A stretch of DNA of 33,682 nucleotides from positions 1-33,682 of the IMG/VR virus record IMGVR_UViG_3300032330_000741, one strand, 5' to 3'. The position numbers and the translations under genes are program-made. Shown piece after piece: positions 18,247 to 24,967 of the stretch. Origin of the DNA: a virus (lineage: Duplodnaviria; Caudoviricetes). Below the pieces are notes generated by a model, which searched no databases, was not told where the DNA came from, and worked only from the letters and a program-made list of their open reading frames with translations. The number at the start of each line of letters is the position of its first letter. Position 1 is the first letter of the stretch.

Positions 18247-19655
18247 TGAGACTCAAGACAATCTTAGAGGAAGTCGAAAATAGGCAACTCGACCGTATCG
18301 AGAAAAGCCAATGGTATGAGCGATTTGCTTACATCTCTGTGGACGATAGTTTCTTTGACATGCAGGACCGGCGCGAGATTCCTCGCGGCACGTTCAATTC
18401 TTTGTTCCGTCACCTCAATTGCCGCAGCATCCACCACAATCGCCGCATTGAGGCTAGCGTTTGCTATGACGAGAACCGCAACGCTATGAACGGCAAGATC
18501 CTTGCCGGCATTACCTATGCACCTGGCGAAAGTGTGCTGGTCGCTCGCAACGGCGAGATCTTTGGCAACAGGTGGATGAATACGCGGCCTCCGATCCCTG
18601 AAAAGACCCAAGATCCGCAGCGTTGGCTTGACCATTGCAAGGTTTTGGTGCCTGACGATTACGAGCGAAATCATATCTGGGATATGATGGCTTACAAGCT
18701 CCAAGTGCCTCACCGCAAGATCAATCATGCCTGTCTGCACGGCGGCGTTGAAGGCTGCGGCAAGGATACCATGTGGGCACCGTTCATTAGAGCCGTGTGC
18801 GGTCCTGACCTTCGCAACCGTGGCCTTGCCAGCAATGAAACCCTATCGTCCACATGGGGTTATCACCTTGAAAGTGAGGTGCTGATCATCAACGAATTGA
18901 AAGAACCCGATTCGCGTGAGCGTCGAGCTTTTGCCAATAAGCTAAAGCCTGTCATCGCGACACCGCCCGATATGATTACGGTTCACCGTAAGCGGCTGCA
19001 TCCTTACGAGATGCTCAACCGTTCTATCGTGATCGCGTTCAGCAATGAGGCTGTGCCGATCAAGCTAGAAAATCAGGACCGGCGGTGGTTCTGCGTCTGG
19101 TCACACAATGGCCGGATGAGTGAGTTTGATTCCAAGGCCATGTGGGATTGGTACGAGACCGGCGGCTATGAGGCTGTGGCCAAATGGCTTTGGAATCGTG
19201 ACGTGCAAGCGTTCAATCCCGGCGCTGCACCCCCCATGACGAAATTTAAGCACGATTTAATTTCATATAACATGACCACCGCAGAAAGCTGGATCTTGAG
19301 CCAGGTCCAATTGCGCGTCGGTGCCTTTGAGCGCGGCATTATCGGGACACCTTTGCGCGAAAGCCTAAAGATGGCCAACAAGGAAGCGCCAGAGGGTATT
19401 AAAATCTCATACACCATGCTAAAGCGTGCCTTGCGTGATGGAGGCTGGGTAGATGCCGGAATGGTCGGATCTTACGATTACCAAGTCAAGAAGCGCATTT
19501 TCGCAATTCCCGAACTTATCGAGCGCCATACCCGCAGCGACTTACGTCGTCTATGGGAGGGCGGGCACAGGCGCGAAATTATCGCAAAGCGATATGCCGC
19601 CTATCATGCAAAAGTAAAGGCAACAGAAGATGGCGAACAGCAAAACGATATCTGA
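18243..19655 (+). CDS. DUF5906 / SF3-type (D5-like) helicase
   Basis: KINHACLHG, Walker A GVEGCGKD, LIINE, IAFSN and DRRWF motifs; ATGA coupling. Confidence 0.8.
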   Translation: MMRLKTILEEVENRQLDRIEKSQWYERFAYISVDDSFFDMQDRREIPRGTFNSLFRHLNCRSIHHNRRIEASVCYDENRNAMNGKILAGITYAPGESVLVARNGEIFGNRWMNTRPPIPEKTQDPQRWLDHCKVLVPDDYERNHIWDMMAYKLQVPHRKINHACLHGGVEGCGKDTMWAPFIRAVCGPDLRNRGLASNETLSSTWGYHLESEVLIINELKEPDSRERRAFANKLKPVIATPPDMITVHRKRLHPYEMLNRSIVIAFSNEAVPIKLENQDRRWFCVWSHNGRMSEFDSKAMWDWYETGGYEAVAKWLWNRDVQAFNPGAAPPMTKFKHDLISYNMTTAESWILSQVQLRVGAFERGIIGTPLRESLKMANKEAPEGIKISYTMLKRALRDGGWVDAGMVGSYDYQVKKRIFAIPELIERHTRSDLRRLWEGGHRREIIAKRYAAYHAKVKATEDGEQQNDI

Positions 19656-20613
19656 AGAAACCCTAATTGCGGCATGGGAAAAATCCGGGGGAAGCCCTCA
19701 AAGAACGGCAGAATTTTTAGGCACGAGCGTTAGAAATATTTATAGGCGCCGTGCCGATATGGCTAACAAGGGGGTGTTTCTTCAAACTAACCCCCAAACT
19801 ACCGGACAAGGAAGCCAGCACGGCTGGCAAACTGACGTTGGTCGCGCCTACAAGCGCCAGAACGATCTATGGCTAGAAAATGGCGTGATCGTGGTGTTTT
19901 CGGACGCGCACTTCTGGCCCAATCAGGATCAAACCATCGCCAACATGGCTTTGTTGGAACTGATCAAAGACCTTAAGCCAGCCGTTATCTGCGCCAATGG
20001 AGACATCTTCGACGGGGCCAGCGTGTCCCGTCACCCGCCTATTGGATGGTCTAAACTGCCCTCGGTAAAAGAAGAGTTGGAAATCTGCGACGAGCGTCTG
20101 CACGAGATCGTGCTGGCAGCACCTGGCACCCGTCCGCAACTGTTCTGGAACGTCGGCAACCACGACGCCCGCCTAGACCGTACCCTTTGCACGGTCGCCC
20201 CCGGCTTTGAGGGAACCATCATGCGGCTGGAAGATCGGTTCCCAGCTTGGAACATGGCTTGGTCGCTAAACGTCAATGACAATACGATGATTAAGCATCG
20301 GTATGCCAACGGTCAGCACGCCGCATACAATAATACTCTCAAGTCCGGTCGGTCTATTGTTACCGGACACCTTCACAGGCTCATTGTGACGCCCTGGGCG
20401 GATTATAACGGTCATCGGTGGGGTGTGGACACCGGAACGCTCAGCGAGCCTCACGGGCCGCAATTTGACTATGCGGAGAACAACCCATCGCCGCACACGT
20501 CGGGCTTTGCCGTGCTCACTTTCCGCAACGGCGAACTGCTGCCCCCAGAACTATGCTGCGTCATCAAGAATGTCGCATATTTCCGAGGGCAGGCTGTGAT
20601 CGACGGTAACTAA
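19630..20613 (+). CDS. Calcineurin-like metallophosphoesterase with N-terminal HTH-like segment
   Basis: SDAH, GDIFD, GNHD and GHLH motifs; TAEFLGTSVRNIYRR HTH-like N-terminus. Confidence 0.88.
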   Translation: MANSKTISEETLIAAWEKSGGSPQRTAEFLGTSVRNIYRRRADMANKGVFLQTNPQTTGQGSQHGWQTDVGRAYKRQNDLWLENGVIVVFSDAHFWPNQDQTIANMALLELIKDLKPAVICANGDIFDGASVSRHPPIGWSKLPSVKEELEICDERLHEIVLAAPGTRPQLFWNVGNHDARLDRTLCTVAPGFEGTIMRLEDRFPAWNMAWSLNVNDNTMIKHRYANGQHAAYNNTLKSGRSIVTGHLHRLIVTPWADYNGHRWGVDTGTLSEPHGPQFDYAENNPSPHTSGFAVLTFRNGELLPPELCCVIKNVAYFRGQAVIDGN

Positions 20614-21188
20614 TAACCGTAGAAGACACCAAGGCGCTTTAGGCCTCGATTGCTGGCTTCCATGCGAGATGGTGGAATATTGGCCGACGCCATGTGTTTG
20701 TGATGAGCGCAGTATGACGAGCCGTCTTGACGGATCTCGCCGCACATTAGCGCGTCATCTGCGTGCCCTACCTCAAAATCCTCTGTAATCCATTTGCAGC
20801 CGCCCTTTCTGAGGTAGGCAAGGCGTGCCGCGTGTTCTCCTGTAGGCTCTTGAACCACTACAACCTCCTGCTTTGGCTTAGGTTTGGGTACTGGCTTAGG
20901 AAACTGAAATAGAACAGCCTTGGGCTTGGCAAGATACGGCGTTGCTAACTTGGCTGCGTTGGTTCGGTTGATTATTTGGCCTTGGGCTTTCTTGAACGAA
21001 ATAACGCCTAGGGTTAACTCAGGGCGCAGCCCCTTGTCGCGCAAGCGGTTTAACTTGCCAATGATGGCATTGCGGGTCAGGCCATTGCCTAGGGCTTTGG
21101 CGATCTGGCTGGCGCTGTCGCCGTGTTTGTACATCTGCAAGATCTTGTCTACGGACTCTTGCGTCCACTTAAAGTCACCCGTTTTCAT
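20610..21188 (-). CDS. gcrA: GcrA-like cell-cycle regulator
   Basis: N-terminal WT.E...G.SASQIA..LG..LTRNAIIGK..RL HTH; C-terminal CKW...CG......SYCAHH. Confidence 0.9.
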   Translation of the reverse strand: MKTGDFKWTQESVDKILQMYKHGDSASQIAKALGNGLTRNAIIGKLNRLRDKGLRPELTLGVISFKKAQGQIINRTNAAKLATPYLAKPKAVLFQFPKPVPKPKPKQEVVVVQEPTGEHAARLAYLRKGGCKWITEDFEVGHADDALMCGEIRQDGSSYCAHHKHMASANIPPSRMEASNRGLKRLGVFYGY

Positions 21189-21393
21189 GTTTCTTCGCTT
21201 TCAGCCATGCGTTGACGGCAATGTTATATTGTATCGTAGCCTCGTTTAGGCGGTCACATGCGGCGATATGGGCCTCGTTGGCCTGTTCCCATTCATGGCG
21301 CACCGTCGCCCAGGTTTTGACGTATTCAGACACGGGTTGATATCCAGCCTCGGTGGCGGCGGCGTCCCAGTCCTGTTGGTCTTGGTTAGTCAT
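21175..21393 (-). CDS. Hypothetical protein
   Basis: GGAGG RBS; ATGA coupling. Confidence 0.65.
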   Translation of the reverse strand: MTNQDQQDWDAAATEAGYQPVSEYVKTWATVRHEWEQANEAHIAACDRLNEATIQYNIAVNAWLKAKKHENG

Positions 21394-21656
21394 TGGTCGT
21401 CCTCCTTGGGCTGTAGGGCGGCTAAATCCTCAGACAGCATGTGGCTCCGCACTCGTTCGACGGCCAACAAATCGGTCAACTCTTCGATCTGCGCCGCCTC
21501 CCGCTGCGAACGTGCCAGCAGGATTTCATATTCGATTTTTATCTCGCGATAGACCTCGGCCTCGTGTTTATAGGCCTCGATCTGCGCCGCGCTTTCCTCT
21601 CGGCCTCGTTCACGGCCCTGTTGAAAGGCTGTAAAAGTCAGTTCTTCGATGGTCAT
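21390..21656 (-). CDS. Hypothetical coiled-coil protein
   Basis: GGAG RBS; Glu/Ala-rich; tiles the operon. Confidence 0.65.
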   Translation of the reverse strand: MTIEELTFTAFQQGRERGREESAAQIEAYKHEAEVYREIKIEYEILLARSQREAAQIEELTDLLAVERVRSHMLSEDLAALQPKEDDQ

Positions 21657-22076
21657 CTACTTTTCCTCCGGCTGGGTGATGATGGCGTAGTGGGTGACAA
21701 ATTCCCAAAAAACGTATTTTGCATAAGAAATGAACGTCCCGTGTTTGTTTTTTAACCAAACATAGTCATCCTCGATAAAGGGACCACGGGCCGACCCATC
21801 ATGCTTAACCCAAACCATCCCCGGCGCGGCCTCGGCTGCTGCGAGGGCGCGGCCTCGTTTGATGCCAGCGAGGGCCAATTCATCTAAGCCATCGCGACCG
21901 GGAAGGCGCACCAATCTCTTCGCCTCCGCCAAATCAGGATCAACCGGCACAGGCGGCGTCCAGCCCTCGCGGGCTAGGCGGGCGGCGTGGGCGGCAATGT
22001 CTGTAAACAGGTCGCCCGCCTTTGATTGCTCGAAAGCCTTTTCAGCGCGGGCTTGGTCTAGTTCTTCGTTTGTCAT
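21657..22076 (-). CDS. Hypothetical protein
   Basis: GGGAG RBS; ATGA coupling. Confidence 0.65.
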   Translation of the reverse strand: MTNEELDQARAEKAFEQSKAGDLFTDIAAHAARLAREGWTPPVPVDPDLAEAKRLVRLPGRDGLDELALAGIKRGRALAAAEAAPGMVWVKHDGSARGPFIEDDYVWLKNKHGTFISYAKYVFWEFVTHYAIITQPEEK

Positions 22077-22432
22077 TTCTTTTCTCCCATGATTTCCCCG
22101 ACGATGCCTAGGCCTTCGGGCGTAAAATAGTATCCATAGCCGTAGAGATTCTTAATCGTGTCCGGTCCTAGCTTGTAGCGGATGCGGTTAATCTGAACGC
22201 GAACGCTAGCCTTGGACGATTCACCGCCAAGGGCGAAGGATAGCAGGGAAGACGTCACCCCTGCCCCCTGCGCGGCCCACAGGGCCTCAATGATGATTTC
22301 CTGTTGGCCTGTGAAGCCTAACGACAGGGGCGTGATAGGCGTTGACTGTAGCGACCTGGCCTTAAGGCGTTTGATGACCCCGACAAGGCGCTTGTTCTCG
22401 TGCGCGAGATGGACGCAGTGCGGGCAAGTCAT
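22073..22432 (-). CDS. OmpR/PhoB-type winged-helix DNA-binding protein without receiver domain
   Basis: FTGQQEIIIEAL...SVRVQINRIRYKL...IKNLYGYGY matches the Trans_reg_C pattern; N-terminal CPHC; ATGA coupling at 22432. Confidence 0.78.
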   Translation of the reverse strand: MTCPHCVHLAHENKRLVGVIKRLKARSLQSTPITPLSLGFTGQQEIIIEALWAAQGAGVTSSLLSFALGGESSKASVRVQINRIRYKLGPDTIKNLYGYGYYFTPEGLGIVGEIMGEKK

Positions 22433-22656
22433 GCGAAGATGACCCACAAGCTAAACAGAAACCCGAACCAAGCTGCACCCGTGGCCGCGACTATCACAAC
22501 GTCGGCAAAGGTTGCGCGTGATGGCTTGGCGTAAAAATGGCTATCCTTGATTTCAAGAATGAATTTAGGCTTGGCTTGCGGTCCCATGCGGGCGGTCTCG
22601 TAGGCCATAATGGCGCGGTTGATCTGGTCTTGGTCGTGTGATTTTTGGTCGGTCAT
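22429..22656 (-). CDS. Hypothetical protein with C-terminal TM helix
   Basis: VVIVAATGAAWFGFLFSLWVIFA; tiles the operon. Confidence 0.6.
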   Translation of the reverse strand: MTDQKSHDQDQINRAIMAYETARMGPQAKPKFILEIKDSHFYAKPSRATFADVVIVAATGAAWFGFLFSLWVIFA

Positions 22657-22659
22657 GGC

Positions 22660-22974
22660 TTAATCGTCCATCTTTGGGTCATAGTCGGGTTCGATGTGCA
22701 GATCTTCGCCTTGCGTGGCGATGTCGGCGCATAGGCGTTCGGCAATGCCGGGGATTTTGAATAGGTTGCGCTCGACGACTAGGCGCGAAGGGCGGCCTAA
22801 ACCGTGCAACAAGTCATATGCGCGGGGCTTGCCTGTTTCGTCTGTGTGGTGGACCCAAAGAAAACACAAGGTCAGGTCTTGAACGCTTTCGTCTTCATTG
22901 CGCCAATAGTCGCCATCGACTTCGATTGATACGCCATCCAAATCAAGCTGGGTGGTGATGGTTGCGTGGGTCAT
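22660..22974 (-). CDS. Hypothetical acidic protein
   Basis: AGGAG RBS; 104 aa. Confidence 0.7.
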   Translation of the reverse strand: MTHATITTQLDLDGVSIEVDGDYWRNEDESVQDLTLCFLWVHHTDETGKPRAYDLLHGLGRPSRLVVERNLFKIPGIAERLCADIATQGEDLHIEPDYDPKMDD

Positions 22975-23026
22975 GTTGTGCTCCTGTTTGCGTGTTTGGA
23001 TTTATAACTAAATGGTTGCGCGAGGG

Positions 23027-23048
23027 TTAATCACGGTTTCGTGATTAA
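23027..23048. promoter_or_regulatory. 9-bp inverted repeat (operator or terminator hairpin)
   Basis: TTAATCACG-gttt-CGTGATTAA, overlapping the stop at 23045-23047. Confidence 0.5.
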
Positions 23049-23161
23049 AGGATAAAAGCCCACGCGAGCGCGGCCCATATGCCCATGAAGAATCCGGTAG
23101 CGACTAGGCCAAAGGCCGCAAGGGCAAGCCAAGGGGTCTTGGGCGGTGGCGTGTAGGTCAT
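23045..23161 (-). CDS. Small membrane protein (38 aa, not in ORF track)
   Basis: MTYTPPPKTPWLALAAFGLVATGFFMGIWAALAWAFIL; GAGGGG RBS. Confidence 0.6.
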   Translation of the reverse strand: MTYTPPPKTPWLALAAFGLVATGFFMGIWAALAWAFIL

Positions 23162-23164
23162 GGT

Positions 23165-23431
23165 CTATTCCCCTCGTGCTTTGGCGATGGCGGCCTGTAT
23201 CACTGCGCGGATTTCACGCCATTCGTCATCGTCGCCTTTTTCGGGTGCGAGATAAGCGTCAATTTTTTCGAGGGTTTCTAAAAGGTCAGGCGCGGCGGCG
23301 ATTAGGCGGGCGTCTGCTCGCCAAGCTGTCATAGTATCGTTTATATCCGCGATAGTGCCTCCGTTAGAAATAGCGGCTCCGTGCTTGCCTATGTCTAAAT
23401 CCCAAGGGCCGGGGGTGTGTTGGGTTGTCAT
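23165..23431 (-). CDS. Conserved phage hypothetical protein (HTPGPW...ARLIAAAP family)
   Basis: Family motif recognised; AAGGA RBS before ATG 23431. Confidence 0.8.
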   Translation of the reverse strand: MTTQHTPGPWDLDIGKHGAAISNGGTIADINDTMTAWRADARLIAAAPDLLETLEKIDAYLAPEKGDDDEWREIRAVIQAAIAKARGE

Positions 23432-23460
23432 TTGGTTTGATCCTTTGGGTTGGGGTTGGG

Positions 23461-23601
23461 TTAGGCGGTCAAGCGGCGCAATGCGAGACGCTGAATGGCG
23501 ATGTGTATGGGGCTGCAATATGCGCTTGGGGCAGCAAGTTGAAGGGCTAGCCATTTGGCGTCGGTTTTGAGGCAAAGGGCAAGATAAGCTGGAAGGGTCA
23601 T
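23461..23601 (-). CDS. Small hypothetical protein (46 aa, not in ORF track)
   Basis: MTLPAYLALCLKTDAKWLALQLAAPSAYCSPIHIAIQRLALRRLTA; GGAACCAGACC-ATG leader. Confidence 0.55.
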   Translation of the reverse strand: MTLPAYLALCLKTDAKWLALQLAAPSAYCSPIHIAIQRLALRRLTA

Positions 23602-23625
23602 GGTCTGGTTCCGTTTGTGAGGTTG

Positions 23626-23675
23626 CTAGGGTCTAATGATAGGCATGGCGGACCATGCCTAGAGATAGAGGCTAG
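23626..23675 (-). other. Long intergenic stem-loop with symmetric internal loops
   Basis: Plus strand CTAG gg TCTA atga TAGGCATGG cgga CCATGCCTA gaga TAGA gg CTAG. Confidence 0.65.
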
Positions 23676-23755
23676 TCGAGGTCTCCGCTGAAAAGAGCTA
23701 GCAAAGGGAGCGCCGCAATGGAGATCCAGATGAGGGCGGAAAGAATGGTTAGCAT
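23672..23755 (-). CDS. Membrane micropeptide (27 aa, not in ORF track)
   Basis: MLTILSALIWISIAALPLLALFSGDLD; GGGACACAGACC-ATG leader. Confidence 0.5.
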   Translation of the reverse strand: MLTILSALIWISIAALPLLALFSGDLD

Positions 23756-23791
23756 GGTCTGTGTCCCGTTGTTGTTGCGTTTGTGTAATTA

Positions 23792-23829
23792 TGTTTAGGG
23801 GAGAGATTAGGGGGCGTCAACCCCCTAAT
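23792..23829 (-). promoter_or_regulatory. Sigma70-type early promoter with inverted repeat around -35
   Basis: Minus strand TTGACG-N17-TAAACA; -35 flanked by ATTAGGGGG/CCCCCTAAT. Confidence 0.6.
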
Positions 23830-23848
23830 GTCATTTAATGTCATTTTA

Positions 23849-24094
23849 TCACCCCCATACCCTGAAAGTCTTTTCGCTCATTTTCATTATCAATAGGTTA
23901 CGAAGCTCATTGTTGTTTTTGAACCGTTGCAGCGCCCTCATTGTCGCGGCCCTCTCATTGGCGCTTGCGCATACGACTTCAAACGATTCGTCGGGCTTTA
24001 GGTTTTGCGCCGTGGCATTCATGAGCGAATGCTTGCTTAGCCGTTGTGCGTCAGTGATTGGGGGAGCTGCAACATTCTTCTCGATCTTAAACAT
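23849..24094 (-). CDS. Small conserved phage protein, possibly DNA-binding
   Basis: AAGGAG RBS before ATG 24094; MFKIEKNV...ESF...FRVW pattern. Confidence 0.72.
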   Translation of the reverse strand: MFKIEKNVAAPPITDAQRLSKHSLMNATAQNLKPDESFEVVCASANERAATMRALQRFKNNNELRNLLIMKMSEKTFRVWG

Positions 24095-24125
24095 ATCTGT
24101 CTCCTTAGTGGCTATCCACAATCAC

Positions 24126-24154
24126 CATATATGACATTTTGTGATTCCAATCAA
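24126..24154 (-). promoter_or_regulatory. Sigma70-type promoter with a GANTC site in the spacer
   Basis: Minus strand TTGATT-N17-TATATG; GATTC at 24143-24147. Confidence 0.6.
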
Positions 24155-24159
24155 GACGA

Positions 24160-24330
24160 CTTATGTCTAACCCCTTTAAATGGCAAATGTCCAAAGACGA
24201 TAAACCATAGATAGGCCATTGTGGCCTATATGGGCGTTGTTGGGCGTTGTTGGGAAACGTGTCTAGACACTTGCGCCCAATACCGGACGCAGACAAGTGT
24301 AGCGTAGCTACACGTCTGTCCAGGACGTAC
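24160..24330. other. Candidate replication origin (palindrome and repeat cluster)
   Basis: ATAGGCCA-ttg-TGGCCTAT, tandem TGGGCGTTGT, GTGTCTAGACAC, GTGTAGC-gta-GCTACAC and repeated TGTCYA. Confidence 0.45.
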
Positions 24331-24696
24331 GCGCGAGGAAATGAGGTTTTTAGAAGCTGGTTCTTTGATCCTGATCTAACGTGTTCGCCCTGGTGGTTGC
24401 GGCTAGGCTTTGAGGTTATCGCCAAGGCTCTCTGGATGGCGTGTAGCGTGCTCGATGGCTTGCTCTTAGATACATGGCAGTTGGACGGTGATCGGCTCTC
24501 TTACGCCTCTCTCGCGGTTTATGGGGGTTGCGCGTTGATTGGACGATATTGCCGGAATCGTCCAAGGCTAGCTGTGATGTTATAACATAACACCTTGAGG
24601 CTGCCCCCACGCGCCCAGCCCCTCGTTCGCCAAATATCCAGGCCCCCATGATCATGAGGAAAACGCATGAGCATAGCCTGCCCTTGCCTGCCCATT

Positions 24697-24803
24697 GGGG
24701 GCGATAGGGGGGGGTGCATAGGGGGGGGGGCATGGCCGGGCATGGGCCAGGCGGGGGGGGTCGGCTAGGTGAGAATGATTCTCAAAAGCAGGGGGGGGTA
24801 GGG
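24697..24803 (+). repeat. G-tract cluster (potential G-quadruplex)
   Basis: G5, G8, G10, G3, G3, G8, G8 and G3 runs. Confidence 0.8.
24770..24784. promoter_or_regulatory. 7-1-7 palindrome resembling a Fur box
   Basis: TGAGAAT-G-ATTCTCA versus canonical TGATAAT-N-ATTATCA. Confidence 0.5.
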
Positions 24804-24894
24804 CCGAGCGGCAGGGCCTTCTGGTGCAGAGCCATCGTGAACTAAATTTTATTTTTTAAAAAACCATGCTACACACTCTCGGTCCCCCTGACTT

Positions 24895-24934
24895 ACCCCC
24901 GCGTCGCATGTTTGCTGACCGGGGGTCTTTTCTT
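24895..24934 (+). terminator. Intrinsic terminator-like hairpin
   Basis: ACCCCCG...CGGGGGT stem followed by CTTTTCTT. Confidence 0.6.
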
Positions 24935-24961
24935 GCGTAAAACGCAATTGCGTATTATCGT
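24933..24961 (+). promoter_or_regulatory. Sigma70-type promoter of terS, probably leaderless
   Basis: TTGCGT-N17-TATCGT with 6 nt to ATG 24968 and no Shine-Dalgarno. Confidence 0.6.
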
Positions 24962-24967
24962 GCAGCC

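Noticed and set aside
21484-21590. 14-bp direct repeat TCGATCTGCGCCGC
   Set aside because: Reflects the repeated AAQIE peptide within one small ORF
23633-23665. Hammerhead ribozyme (CTAATGA-stem-GAGA on plus strand)
   Set aside because: Both core motifs deviate from CUGANGA and GAAA, I found no stems I and III, and it is antisense to the local genes
24105-24743. ORFs of 74-112 aa in the large intergenic region
   Set aside because: Mutually overlapping, no recognisable motifs, and coincident with palindromes and G-tracts; probably non-coding
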